From NCBI GenBank assembly GCA_910583545.1, contig CAJTXM010000001.1, positions 72,865 to 136,864 of the forward strand: 64,000 bases of DNA, given 5' to 3'. The stretch is from an uncultured Christensenella sp. (lineage in GTDB: Bacteria; Bacillota; Clostridia; Christensenellales; Borkfalkiaceae). The notes beneath the pieces were generated by a model. It was not told the origin of the DNA and searched no databases. It saw only the letters and a list, made by a program, of their open reading frames with translations. This document shows, in pieces, positions 31,842-43,100 of the stretch (its first letter is position 1; each line of letters opens with the position of its first letter). The position numbers and the translations under genes were made by a program.

Positions 31842-33278
31842 ATGAGAAAAACTTTACCTGCGCTTATCGCGCATATCGCCTTAATTCTCGCAGTGATAAT
31901 CACCGTAGGTGTTCTTGGCGTTATCGCGGCAGGCGTGTCTGCCGAGGGCAGTGAAAAGTTTACGGACGAGTTGGAGCGCAACGTTACGCTTCATATTCTC
32001 GAAAACGACACGGCAAAGGAACAGGGCTATTTAAAAGAGCTTTTAGACGCGTTCAATGCCGAGTATGCCGAATACGGCATAAAGGCGGTCGACGCTAATA
32101 TCGACCAGTACAACGACCTCGAACAGAGCGGTCCTTTCGGCTACGGCCCCGACGTTTTATATCAGGCGAACGACGCGCTTATGAAGTACGTCGACGGCAA
32201 GCATATTCTGCCGCTGCCCGTCGATAAAATCGAGTGCGCGGAAGAGTTGAGCGAAGCGGCGTTCAAGGCGTACCGCTCAACGGTAGGCGGTCAGGAATAC
32301 ACCTTCGGCGTGCCCGTAAACATTCAGCAGCCTCTTCTTTTCTACCGCAAGGACCTTATTCCCGAAAACTGGGAAACGGAATGGGACGACGATAAAAACG
32401 GCGTTCCCGATATGATAGAATACTGGACGGATATGTACCGCTTTTCAAAGCAGATAAAGAAGGACAGCAACAATTCGAAATACGGGTATATGAAGTCTTT
32501 GAACGACGGATATTTCGCTTCGGGTTACTTCTTTTCGTACGGCGGATACGTTTTCGGCGGAGAGGACGGAAAGGATACTTCCGATATCGGATTTTCCAAA
32601 AACGACGGGTATCTGGGCGGAAAAATAATCCGTCAGCTTGCTTCGGTAATGAACCTCGAATGTACCGAGGACACCATTACGAGGAACTCGTATTCGCGTA
32701 TGGCAAAGGGCGATTACTTCGCTACGATGACTACGCCCGACGTGTATACGCTGTTTATAAAAGAGATGGTAAACGCAGGCTACACCGAGGAATATGCGCG
32801 CGCCAACCTCATAATGACCGACATTCCCTCGCTTCCCGTAAGCGGAGATTTGGAGGACGAGAGTCAGGGCTTTAAGGATATGGTCGCTATGGGAGGCGTC
32901 AACGGTTATGCGATAAGCTCGTACACGAAGGCGCCCAACGCCTCGCTCGCGTTCGTCAATTTTGCAACTTCATATAAAATGATAAACCGCAGAGCGGAGC
33001 TTTTGGGTATATCGCCTGCAAGGCGCGACCTTGCCGAAGAGCTGGGCGGTCTGAACGAAAAGATAAATCAGAATCTCGACAGCGGAAGCATCTACGTTAT
33101 GCCGAGCGTGCGCGCGCTTGCGCAGGTGTGGACGCCTTTGCAGACGTTCTGCGCTACGCTCGCGGACGACGTTCTCAATAATAAAGGCGTCTACGTCACG
33201 GACGAAAAACTTAAAGACGGAATACGCAACGTCGACAATCAGATTTACGCGGCTATCCATACGCTCGGAGGTTCCTGA
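31842..33278 (+). CDS. ABC sugar transporter solute-binding protein (MalE-like)
   Basis: N-terminal membrane anchor, family-1 solute-binding layout, and the first gene of the transporter operon. Confidence 0.8.
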   Translation: MRKTLPALIAHIALILAVIITVGVLGVIAAGVSAEGSEKFTDELERNVTLHILENDTAKEQGYLKELLDAFNAEYAEYGIKAVDANIDQYNDLEQSGPFGYGPDVLYQANDALMKYVDGKHILPLPVDKIECAEELSEAAFKAYRSTVGGQEYTFGVPVNIQQPLLFYRKDLIPENWETEWDDDKNGVPDMIEYWTDMYRFSKQIKKDSNNSKYGYMKSLNDGYFASGYFFSYGGYVFGGEDGKDTSDIGFSKNDGYLGGKIIRQLASVMNLECTEDTITRNSYSRMAKGDYFATMTTPDVYTLFIKEMVNAGYTEEYARANLIMTDIPSLPVSGDLEDESQGFKDMVAMGGVNGYAISSYTKAPNASLAFVNFATSYKMINRRAELLGISPARRDLAEELGGLNEKINQNLDSGSIYVMPSVRALAQVWTPLQTFCATLADDVLNNKGVYVTDEKLKDGIRNVDNQIYAAIHTLGGS

Positions 33279-33280
33279 AA

Positions 33281-34684
33281 ATGAAAGCATTAGACACAAT
33301 AACCGCAAAATTCAAAAACCTGCCTTCCGCGGTTGCGAAGAAGTTCAGGGCGATACCTTCTGAACTTGCAGGCAAATTCGCAGGCGCGAAAGAGATTTTA
33401 ACTCAGGGCAACGGAAAAGTCACCGCGTCTATGCTCGTAATGGGCTTGGGTCAGCTGATTTACAGACAGTGGATAAAGGGCTTTATGTACCTTTTCGTAC
33501 AGGCGGCGTTTATCGTCTATTTCGTGCTTACGGGCGCTGGCGATCTCTTCGGACTTTTCACCCTCGGCACACGCGAAGGCAACGCCTGGTACGGCGTGGA
33601 GGGCGACAACTCTGTAGTTATGCTCATTACGGGCATACTTTCGGTTTTCATAATCTTCCTGTATATAATGCTGTATATTTCCAACGTAAAGGACGCTTAC
33701 CGCACACAGTGCGCTGTGGATACGCTGAAAGAGCCTCTCTCTTTCAAAAAGGAAGTCGGAGCGCTGCTCGATAAATCTTTCCACAAAACCGCGCTCGCTC
33801 TGCCCGTAATCGGTGTATGCGTTTTCAGCATACTTCCGATAGTGTTTATGATACTCATAGCGTTCACGAACTACGGCGGAGACGTCGTGCCTCCGGCGCT
33901 CGTAGACTGGGTCGGCTTCAAAAACTTCGGCAAGATTCTCTCGCTCGGACAGTTCGCTCCCACGTTCTTCAAGATATTCGGCTGGAATATGCTCTGGGCG
34001 GTACTTTCGACCGCACTCAACTATTTCGCAGGCTTGGGTCTTGCACTTCTTCTTAACAAGAAGTGCGTAAAAGGCAAGGCTATATGGCGCGCTTTTCCCA
34101 TACTTGCGTACGCTATCCCCGGCTTTATAACATTGCTCGGCTTTAAATTTATGTTCTCCTACGGCGGACCGATAAACTATTACATTCAGCAGGGCGGAGG
34201 CGAAGTCGTCGGATTTTTAGGCCTCGACGCGAAGTGGACGGCACGCTTTTTGGGACTTGGGGTCAACGCCTGGATATCCATACCCTCGACTATGCTTCTG
34301 GCAACGGGAATACTTTCTAACGTCAATACCGATCTATACGAAGCGGCGAGGGTTGACGGCGCAAGCTCGTGGAAACAGTTTATAAAAATAACTCTCCCGT
34401 ACGTTCTGTTTGCAACCACGCCCGTTCTCATTTCGCAGTTTATCGGCAACTTCAACAACTTCGGTATCTTCTACTTTTTGAGGGGCGGACTTTACGTCGA
34501 CGGTTACTTCCTTGCAAGCGATACCGACCTTCTTATAAACTGGCTTTACAATATGTCGATAGACAACAACTATTACTCGATAGGCGCGGCGATAAGTCTG
34601 GTGATTTTCGCCATTACCTCGGTGATATCCCTTACCGTATACGTTCTGTCGCCGTCGTATAAACAGGAGGAAACGTTCAGATGA
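33281..34684 (+). CDS. ABC sugar transporter permease (MalF-like)
   Basis: Multiple TM helices, a long N-terminal extension and the EAA loop LYEAARVDGAS. Confidence 0.85.
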   Translation: MKALDTITAKFKNLPSAVAKKFRAIPSELAGKFAGAKEILTQGNGKVTASMLVMGLGQLIYRQWIKGFMYLFVQAAFIVYFVLTGAGDLFGLFTLGTREGNAWYGVEGDNSVVMLITGILSVFIIFLYIMLYISNVKDAYRTQCAVDTLKEPLSFKKEVGALLDKSFHKTALALPVIGVCVFSILPIVFMILIAFTNYGGDVVPPALVDWVGFKNFGKILSLGQFAPTFFKIFGWNMLWAVLSTALNYFAGLGLALLLNKKCVKGKAIWRAFPILAYAIPGFITLLGFKFMFSYGGPINYYIQQGGGEVVGFLGLDAKWTARFLGLGVNAWISIPSTMLLATGILSNVNTDLYEAARVDGASSWKQFIKITLPYVLFATTPVLISQFIGNFNNFGIFYFLRGGLYVDGYFLASDTDLLINWLYNMSIDNNYYSIGAAISLVIFAITSVISLTVYVLSPSYKQEETFR

Positions 34685-35538
34685 ATAAAGCAAAAGCCAA
34701 AGTCGTCAAGGCTAAATCAAAAAAAGTTTTCAACGTTGTCATCACCTACTGCATACTGTCGATCGTGGCGTTTATCTTCTTTTTCCCCTGTCTGTGGCTG
34801 ATACTTGCGTCGTTTTCCAAGTCGGGGTCTATATACTCTTTCGACGGTTTCTTCCCCACCGAATACGGCTTCGACGCATTCAAGGCGCTGTTTACGGACA
34901 CAGTTATGTATAACTATAAACGCTGGTTTTTCAATACCCTTTTCATTGCGGTAATGAGCTGTATTTTAGGTACGTTATTAACTATACTCACGGCGTACTG
35001 TATGTCGCGTTTCCGCTTTAAATCAAGAAAGGCAATGATGAAAGCAACGTTGTTGCTTGGAATGTTCCCCTCGTTTATGGGCACTATCGCGGTGTACCTT
35101 ATAATGACTCAGTTCAATCTTATCAATCAGCATTGGGGACTTATCCTCATATACTCGGCGCAGGCGCCTATGGGATATATGGTACAGAAAGGCTTTTTCG
35201 ATACGATACCGTATTCAATCGACGAGGCGGCGCGAATAGACGGGGCTTCTAATTTTACGGTTTTCGTGAAGTTTATTCTTCCGCTTTCAAAACCCATGCT
35301 CGTATACACGGCTTTGACTTCGTTCACCTGGCCGTGGTCGGACTTCATTCTGCCTAAAATGCTTTTGATTGATAAAGACCTTTACACCGTTGCGGTCGGG
35401 CTTATGTCGCTCGGCGAAACAGAATTTGCAAGGTTTGCGGCAGGCTCGATATTCATAGCAATACCTATTATACTTTTGTATTTCTGTCTGGTTAAGTATA
35501 TGATTAACGGAATGGCCGCGGGCGCCGTAAAAGAATAA
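34681..35538 (+). CDS. ABC sugar transporter permease (MalG-like)
   Basis: Six TM segments and the EAA loop IDEAARIDGAS. It overlaps the upstream gene by 4 nt. Confidence 0.85.
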   Translation: MNKAKAKVVKAKSKKVFNVVITYCILSIVAFIFFFPCLWLILASFSKSGSIYSFDGFFPTEYGFDAFKALFTDTVMYNYKRWFFNTLFIAVMSCILGTLLTILTAYCMSRFRFKSRKAMMKATLLLGMFPSFMGTIAVYLIMTQFNLINQHWGLILIYSAQAPMGYMVQKGFFDTIPYSIDEAARIDGASNFTVFVKFILPLSKPMLVYTALTSFTWPWSDFILPKMLLIDKDLYTVAVGLMSLGETEFARFAAGSIFIAIPIILLYFCLVKYMINGMAAGAVKE

Positions 35539-35704
35539 GAGCAAATAAACTTCGCAATAGTTCGTTGAGCTTACGTTTGTGTTTCGGTCATTTATTTCTG
35601 TGTAAATTCTCTCACACAATCCGCACTCGCCTGCTTTTGCTCGTTTCTTTGCACTTATTAACAAAATACTTGCTTCTTACTGTAAAAAAAGGGAGGAAAT
35701 TAAT

Positions 35705-37648
35705 ATGGCAAATCTTAGTTTAAAACATATCTATAAAGTTTATCCAAACGGAGCGAAAGCGGTAAACGATTTCAATATGCAGATTGAAGATAAGGAGTTT
35801 ATCGTATTCGTAGGACCTTCGGGCTGCGGAAAGTCGACTACTCTCCGTATGATAGCAGGGTTAGAACCTATCACCGCAGGCGAGCTAAAAATCGGCGACG
35901 TGGTAGTCAACGGTATGGAGCCAAAGGACAGGGATATCGCAATGGTATTCCAGAACTACGCGCTGTACCCGCATATGTCTATCTTCGAAAATATTGCGTT
36001 CGGACTCAGAATGCGCAAAATACCCGACATCAAGCGCGATAAGGAGGGGAACCCCGTACTCGACAAAGAGGGGAAAGAAATTCCCGTAATGCGCAAGTAC
36101 AACAAACAGGAGCTTGCCGAAAAGGTCAACGAAGCGGCGGAAATTCTGGGAATAACCGAATACCTGAAACGCAAGCCCAAAGAAATGTCGGGCGGACAAA
36201 GACAGCGAGTTGCGCTCGGCCGTGCGATAGTGCGTCAGCCGAAAGTTATGCTTTTGGATGAACCTTTATCCAACCTCGACGCAAAGCTGAGAACGCAGAT
36301 GCGCAGCGAGATAGTAAAGCTACATAAAAAATTGCAGACGACGTTTATATACGTCACCCACGATCAGGTTGAGGCTATGACTATGGGCACGCGCATAGTC
36401 GTAATGAAAGACGGCTTCGTCAAGCAGATAGACACGCCGAAAAACCTGTATAAGTACCCTGCAAACAAATTCGTTGCCGGCTTTATAGGCACGCCGCAGA
36501 TGAACTTTTTCGAAGCGACTCTGAAAAAGACGGGCGACAAGGTCCATATAGAATTTAAAAACTGCGACGCTAAAATCACCGTACCGTATTCTCTGCTTAT
36601 GAAGACTACTCCGCAGTACTTAGACGGCAAAAAACCCGTCTATCTCGGTTTCCGTGCGGAAGATATCACTCTCGAAAGGGATAAGACGGCTTCCTGTCAG
36701 GCTAAAATCAAAGTGCGCATTTCCCACTCGGAGGAATTAGGTACCGAAACTTTGGTTTACGGCGACGTAAATATGAACGGAGACGGCTACACCGACACGG
36801 GCACGCAGGTCATAATCAAGGCAGGCGGATTTAAGGAAATCGAGCCCGACACCGTTGTCGAGGCAGGGCTCGATATCGGCGCGATACACCTTTTCGACGC
36901 AGAAACTGAGGAGAGTATTCTGCCGAGAATTCCCGAATACAACTACCTCGACTGTAAGGTCAAATCGGGCAAACTGACTTTTTCGGGAACGGAAGTTCAG
37001 CTTCCGCCTGCAATAAGATGCCCCGACGGCAAGGGTGAAATGCTCATTCCCGTTTCGGCAATAAGATGGAACGGCGGTATCAAAGCCAAAGTTACGGACT
37101 GCGAAAATATCAACGGACGTATTCTCGTTACACTCGATATAAACGGCGGAAGGCTCTACGCGCTTTCCGACGAGGTTAAAAAGGGTGATGTTTTAATAGG
37201 TATCGACTATAAAAAAGCTACGCTCGATATTTCGGACGAACGCGTTTCGCCGATGCCCGAAGTCAACGGACTTGACGGAATTTTCACAAAGGATAAGGGC
37301 GAGGGCAAGGGCGAACTTGTTTACTCGCTTGAAATCAACGGCGTTAAAATTCCTACGCCCGAGGATGTATATCTGAAGATGTTTTCGGCAACTTCGGGCA
37401 GGAAGGTTTACAACTGCCGTTTCCGCTACGAATGGACGCCGTACGACTTTACGGTTTCCGAAAGCGGAATAGAGGCGGAAGCGCTTGAAACGCTTGACTA
37501 CGGCGAAGAAAAATTCATTAAATGCGCCGTCGGCGAAGAGGTTATTTACGTCAGGGCGGACGGCGAGTATTCGGGCAAAATTCATATTATACCCGACGCA
37601 GGCAAAGTCAGCGTAATAGAGCTTGAACGCAACATAAGAATAGTTTAG
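35705..37648 (+). CDS. MalK/MsmX-type ABC ATPase with an internal insertion and a C-terminal extension of about 250 aa
   Basis: GPSGCGKST, LSGGQRQRVALGRAIV, LLDEPLSNLD. 647 aa. Confidence 0.85.
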   Translation: MANLSLKHIYKVYPNGAKAVNDFNMQIEDKEFIVFVGPSGCGKSTTLRMIAGLEPITAGELKIGDVVVNGMEPKDRDIAMVFQNYALYPHMSIFENIAFGLRMRKIPDIKRDKEGNPVLDKEGKEIPVMRKYNKQELAEKVNEAAEILGITEYLKRKPKEMSGGQRQRVALGRAIVRQPKVMLLDEPLSNLDAKLRTQMRSEIVKLHKKLQTTFIYVTHDQVEAMTMGTRIVVMKDGFVKQIDTPKNLYKYPANKFVAGFIGTPQMNFFEATLKKTGDKVHIEFKNCDAKITVPYSLLMKTTPQYLDGKKPVYLGFRAEDITLERDKTASCQAKIKVRISHSEELGTETLVYGDVNMNGDGYTDTGTQVIIKAGGFKEIEPDTVVEAGLDIGAIHLFDAETEESILPRIPEYNYLDCKVKSGKLTFSGTEVQLPPAIRCPDGKGEMLIPVSAIRWNGGIKAKVTDCENINGRILVTLDINGGRLYALSDEVKKGDVLIGIDYKKATLDISDERVSPMPEVNGLDGIFTKDKGEGKGELVYSLEINGVKIPTPEDVYLKMFSATSGRKVYNCRFRYEWTPYDFTVSESGIEAEALETLDYGEEKFIKCAVGEEVIYVRADGEYSGKIHIIPDAGKVSVIELERNIRIV

Positions 37649-37693
37649 CATTTTCAATCACGATCACGCTTTCATTTTTTTCCATTCCATAAA

Positions 37694-37724
37694 AACCGGA
37701 CAGCGTAAAGCTGTTCGGTTTTTT
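37694..37724 (+). terminator. Rho-independent terminator
   Basis: AACCGGACAGC / GCTGTTCGGTT stem followed by a T-run. Confidence 0.7.
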
Positions 37725-37794
37725 CTTTAAAAAATACGGCGCAACTCTTTTCTTTTCCGCCGAAAAACGATATAATGGCTGTAAGAGGTTTGAA

Positions 37795-39120
37795 ATGGAA
37801 CAGGGAACTTTGTTTGAAGATACGTCAAGCCAGCCGCTTGCGTCGAGATTAAGACCGCAGACTCTGGACGAATACTGCGGACAGAAGCACCTTTTGGGCG
37901 AGGGCAAAATTCTGCGCCGTCTTATCGAGAGCGACAGCGTAAGCTCTATGATTTTCTGGGGTCCTCCCGGCGTGGGCAAGACTACGCTCGCAAGGATAAT
38001 CGCAAACAGGACGAAGGCTAACTTTATCGATTTTTCCGCCGTGACCAGCGGTATAAAGGAGATTAAGACGGTAATGGAACAGGCGGAAAAGAACCGCCGT
38101 TTCGGGGAAAAGACAATACTTTTCGTCGACGAAATTCACCGTTTCAATAAAGCGCAGCAGGACGCGTTTCTGCCGTTCGTAGAAAAGGGAAGTATAATTC
38201 TTATCGGCGCGACTACCGAAAATCCGTCGTTTGAAGTCAACGGCGCTCTGCTCTCGCGCTGTAAAGTTTTCGTCTTGCAGGAGTTAAAGACGGACGAGCT
38301 TTGCGGTCTTTTGAAGCACGCCTTAACCGATGAACGCGGTTTCGGTTTGCAGAAAGTCGAAATAGACGACGTGCTGATAGAGGGCATTGCAAACTTTGCA
38401 AACGGCGACGCGCGCAGTGCGCTTTCGACTTTGGAAATGGCGGTTTTAAACGGTGTATTCGACGGTGAAAAGACCGTAGTTACGGCGGAAACGCTTGAAC
38501 AGTGCATTTCCAAAAAATCGCTTCTGTACGATAAGAACGGCGAACAGCACTACAATATTATTTCGGCTCTGCATAAATCGATGCGCAATTCCGACCCCGA
38601 CGCTTCGGTGTACTGGCTGGCGAGAATGCTGGAAGCCGGCGAAGATCCACTGTATATCGCACGGCGCATAACGAGGTTTGCAAGCGAGGATATAGGTCTT
38701 GCCGATCCGCGCGCGCTCGAAATCGCGGTTGCGGTTTTTCAGGCTTGCCGCCTCATAGGTATGCCTGAATGTACCGTTCATCTTACCGAGGCGGTCGTAT
38801 ATATGTCGCTTGCGCCCAAGTCAAACGCGCTGTACACGGCGTACGGTTCGGCGAAGAGGGACGCGGTGAATATGCTTGCCGAGCCCGTGCCTCTCGTCAT
38901 ACGCAACGCATCCACCAAGCTTATGAAGGAACTCGAATACGGCAAGGGCTATCAGTATGCGCACGATACCGCGGACAAGCTTACGGATATGCAGTGTCTG
39001 CCGGACAGCCTGCTCGGCAGGGAATATTACCGACCCACCGAAGAGGGCGTGGAGGCTCGGTTCAAAGCGCGCTTGCAGGAAATCAAGGACCGGAAAGCAA
39101 AAGCGAAAACGGACAAATAA
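37795..39120 (+). CDS. rarA: Replication-associated recombination protein A (MgsA/RarA AAA+ ATPase)
   Basis: FWGPPGVGKTTLARIIA, FVDEIHRFNK, and the C-terminal MgsA domain (YDKNGEQHYNIISALHKSMRNSDPDA). Confidence 0.9.
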   Translation: MEQGTLFEDTSSQPLASRLRPQTLDEYCGQKHLLGEGKILRRLIESDSVSSMIFWGPPGVGKTTLARIIANRTKANFIDFSAVTSGIKEIKTVMEQAEKNRRFGEKTILFVDEIHRFNKAQQDAFLPFVEKGSIILIGATTENPSFEVNGALLSRCKVFVLQELKTDELCGLLKHALTDERGFGLQKVEIDDVLIEGIANFANGDARSALSTLEMAVLNGVFDGEKTVVTAETLEQCISKKSLLYDKNGEQHYNIISALHKSMRNSDPDASVYWLARMLEAGEDPLYIARRITRFASEDIGLADPRALEIAVAVFQACRLIGMPECTVHLTEAVVYMSLAPKSNALYTAYGSAKRDAVNMLAEPVPLVIRNASTKLMKELEYGKGYQYAHDTADKLTDMQCLPDSLLGREYYRPTEEGVEARFKARLQEIKDRKAKAKTDK

Positions 39121-39121
39121 A

Positions 39122-39147
39122 AAACGCACCGCGTCTGCGGTGCGTTT
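39122..39147. terminator. Bidirectional terminator between convergent genes
   Basis: AAACGCACCGC gtct GCGGTGCGTTT. Confidence 0.8.
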
Positions 39148-39156
39148 CGGTTTCCT

Positions 39157-40017
39157 TTAAAATATGACGAGGAGAAATCCTGCGAGAACGCCGACGAACA
39201 GCGCGAAGGCAGGGAGCTTACTTCGCCACATTAAAATAGATTCGGGCAGAAGTTCGCCGAACACGACGTACAGCATTGCGCCGCTTGCAAAGCCGAGCGA
39301 AATGACGAGCATAATATCGTTTATTCCGCCGATCGCATAGCCTAAAAGCGCGCCGAAAACGGTAGGAAGTCCGCTAAGCGCCGTGAGAAGAATTGCCTTG
39401 TATTTTTTCATTCCCCCCGATATAAGGGGCACCGAAACCGCCATTCCCTCGGGCACGTTGTGCAGTCCTATGACTATCGCCATAATGAATCCGCTTCCCG
39501 TAAAAAGACTTTTGCCGAGGTCGGCTTCAAGCGCATAGGACGCGCCTATTACCATACCTTCTGGCAGGTTGTGCAGAGCTATCGCGAACATCATCACAAG
39601 CCCTGCAATAAACAGATTTGACTTTGCGTCCCTGTGCGTTTCGAAGTGGTTCGAGTGGATAAGCTCGTCCAGATCGTCCGCCGTCGCAGGGTGATTTTCG
39701 TCTATGTGTTTTACTTCGCGGTTGGTTCGTTTGTCGATAAGAAAATTCAGAAGATAAACTATTCCGTATCCTGCCGCGACCGACGCGACAATGATGAGCG
39801 GAGTGAGCGAGGGGAGCGTGCCTTCTTCCATCATATGCAAGGGTTCGCTCATCAGATCGAAACAGACTACGGCAAGCATTATTCCTGCGGCAAACGATAA
39901 AAGCAGGCTGACTATTTTGTTCGAGTCGCGCTTCATTACCGCGCCGACGACTCCGCCGAGTCCCGTTCCGACCACGCCCGAAATAAAGGTTATCAGAATA
40001 ATTATCAGGTAGTTCAT
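39157..40017 (-). CDS. ZIP-family metal (zinc) transporter
   Basis: Polytopic membrane protein with the motifs ALHNLPEGMVIG and GLHNVPEGMAV. Confidence 0.85.
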   Translation of the reverse strand: MNYLIIILITFISGVVGTGLGGVVGAVMKRDSNKIVSLLLSFAAGIMLAVVCFDLMSEPLHMMEEGTLPSLTPLIIVASVAAGYGIVYLLNFLIDKRTNREVKHIDENHPATADDLDELIHSNHFETHRDAKSNLFIAGLVMMFAIALHNLPEGMVIGASYALEADLGKSLFTGSGFIMAIVIGLHNVPEGMAVSVPLISGGMKKYKAILLTALSGLPTVFGALLGYAIGGINDIMLVISLGFASGAMLYVVFGELLPESILMWRSKLPAFALFVGVLAGFLLVIF

Positions 40018-40062
40018 AAAAATTATTATAGCACTTCTGTCCTATAAATCAAGCGTTCACAG

Positions 40063-40102
40063 TCAAAAAATTACGCCGTCCGTAAATTTGCGCGGACGGC
40101 GT
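40063..40102 (-). terminator. Rho-independent terminator
   Basis: ACGCCGTCCG / CGGACGGCGT stem, with a T-run on the minus strand. Confidence 0.7.
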
Positions 40103-40109
40103 TTTAACG

Positions 40110-43100
40110 TCAGTTAAATATTACGACGGAATCTATCGCGGTCTTACCCTTACACTTTATTTCAACGCCGTGCTTTCCGCCGCCTATATCCGGCGAAAGA
40201 TACGATACGTAAATTTTACCGTCGTCGTCTTTCACCGTCACGGAGTCGACTTTTTTTCCGTCGATATATACCTCGAAGTCGGCTTTGTAATTTTTCGGGC
40301 ATAGGACGGCGATGCGCGTGCCCTCGAAATCGAATTTTAAAGTGTCATTCTTTTTTCCGTATAAGATTTGTCCGAACGTCGAGAAAGCCTGTTTTGCAGT
40401 CCAGCTCCCGTTGAACTCCATTTTTCCGTCGCTCGGAGAAAGCTGTTTCCCTCCGTTTACTTCGAACATTCTGAATGCTTCGATATCGCTGATTATGATA
40501 TATCTGCCCGTCGATTCGAAAATTTCGAGTCTGTAATAGCGTATAACGGTTTCGTCGAAGTCTACCGTGACTGAAGTACCGTTTCTCACGGCGTCGTTAA
40601 ATTCGCCTATCAGAAACTCTTCTCCGCCGTCCGCTCTGCCGTAGAGTCTGAAAGATTTAACGCAGTGCCAGTCGCCGTTCGGTCTGTACTGGGTGTGTAT
40701 GGTCAGCCTGTTTACGGGCTTGTTTCCGCCGAGGTCGGCTGTGATTTTAAGCGGTGTTTCCTCTGAAACGGTAATTTTGTCGCCCGTATGTATCCAGGTG
40801 TTTTTGTCTCCGTCAAAAAGATTTGTGACGGGGTGCTCGTTTATATTCCAGCTTATTTCGGCGTCGTAGTTGGTTTCGACGAGAGAGGTGTTTGCGCTCT
40901 GCACGAGGTTGTCTTTATAGTTGTATATATAATCTCGTGTATAGAAGTAGTCGGTTTCGAATTCGTTGTCGGGGAATTCGTAAGAGCTTCTGTACGCGTT
41001 CGCGTAGGAAACTTCTACGCTTTCAGGCGCGGTGCCCGTAAGGTTTCCCTCGTCGTCGAAAACACCGTGTTCGGGCGTGAACTTGCCGAAGCCCACGCCT
41101 ATGAAGCTCGACGTGGTTCCGTTCCGACCCGTTATCATTACCGCTTTGAAGCGTACCCAGTCGCCCTTATTCAGCTCCATATCCTTATACGTTCCCTCTG
41201 TGAGGGGGAACGAGGGGGAAGAGCCGGTTTGCTTATAGCTTGCGCAAAGAGAATATTCTCCGTCGTTTACCGCGGTATACAGCGCTACGTTCCAGCGCCC
41301 TCTCAGAGCAATTCTGTATTTTGCCGTTTCGCCGATATAGAGCTTGCCCTCCGTTTCCACGACGGCGTTTTCCGGAACGGTATCGCCTTCCGCGTTCGTG
41401 TACCAGACGTCCGTGTTGCAGTTCTGTGTTCTGTTGACGTTGTCGCTCTTTGTTTTTTCAATAAAGCCCGCATATTGCGCGTCGAACGCTTCGGCGGCGT
41501 CCTTGTACGCGGTTTCCGCCGTATACAGATAAGTCGTCCTTTCAATTATATTCTTGTTGTGTTCCTGCGTGGGTTTGAATTCGAGCACGAGTTCGACGTT
41601 GCCTGCGGTGCAGAGGTTTGTCTTATGTTTTAAAGAAAGAGTGACGGATATCTTCCCCGAAGAGTTCATTCCGTCGGGAGTGTAAGTATAAAGTCCGTTG
41701 CCTTTGTCTTTGATTTGTCCGCGTTCGGGCGAAGAAACGCCGACTACCGAATAAGTAAAATCTTCGGGAAGGATCACACTGCCCGAGGCATATCTGCCGT
41801 CGGGTGCGTCGTACCTGTTAAGGTCTAATTCAAATTCTTTGCCTGCCGGTATGAGGTAAGGCTGCATAGTCTGTATATATCTTTTCTGATTATCGTATGA
41901 GTAACTTCTGCCCGTCTGATATACGCACGATACGGGTACGAAAACGGGGTAATCCGGATTTTTATATCTGTTTGCGTCCTCTTCGGAAATGCCTTTGAGC
42001 ACGTCCTTGAAGTAGTAAGTCATATCGTTGTGCGTAACTTCCTGCCACGCGCGCATATAGCCGGTGTAGCTTTCGCCGTAGCCCTGCGTCTGCTGGCGCA
42101 CTTTCGCCTGAATATAGTCGTCGGGTCCGAAGTTGTGCAGGAGTGTTGCGTACAGTGCAAGTCCCTTTTTACCGTTTTCCGGCTCGGCGCCGTCCTTTGC
42201 GATTTTAAGCGTTTCGTTGAGCGCGAACGTTGCGGAGGTGTATCTGTTCCAGCCGTCAAGTCCCTCCGCGCCGAAGCTGCCTGTACCTCTGCTTGCCGAA
42301 ATTTTTGTAAACAGCGCGTAAGATACAAGGCTCATTCCGTTGTTAGTGACCTCGCCTCCCTCGCCTACGCCGTAGCTCTGGAAATTGTGGTGGTATTCGT
42401 GGAAGTTGCCCCAGGCGCCCGTAGTCACCATAGTTTTATAGTCAAGCGAATTTGCCATCCATTCGGTCGGGCAGTTTACCGACTGCTGGGAAGGGAACGC
42501 GACCGCCGCGCCTGCCGCAACGAACGGGTCATATAAAAATACTATGCCCTGCAAGGAGTTGGAGGTTGACACAAGCGAAACCTTTTCCCACAGGACGGCG
42601 GCTTTGTACAGTTCGCCGTAAGTGTGCTTTTTCGCGTAAGTTGAAGGACCCGAATGAAGCACGCCGTAATTTCTGATTTCCATATCGAAGTAGGGCGCGG
42701 AAGATTTCGCGTTGTTTTCGAATTCTTTTTCCGTAGTGTAGCCTAAAATGAAATGCTGATAGTTTACCGCGCCCGATACGGTGACGGTGAAAACCTCTTT
42801 ATTGTTGCGGATATATACGGGTCCGCCGAGGAATGAGCCGACGTAAGAGGTGTAAACTCCGTTTTCGAGTACCGCCGTATTCTCGTTCACCTGCATAGTG
42901 TTGAGAATTACGGGCATACGGTTCATCGTGTTTTTGTCGGTCCATATGTTGTTGGCTTTGCCGTTGTAGAGAGCCTGTCCTATATGTACCGTAATTCCTC
43001 CCGTGGCTTTCATATCGGCTTCGCTGAGCTGTATCTTTATGACTTCGCCTGCGGGGGCGTAGACTCCCGTCAGAGAATAGCTGTCGTAACCGCGCGGGCT

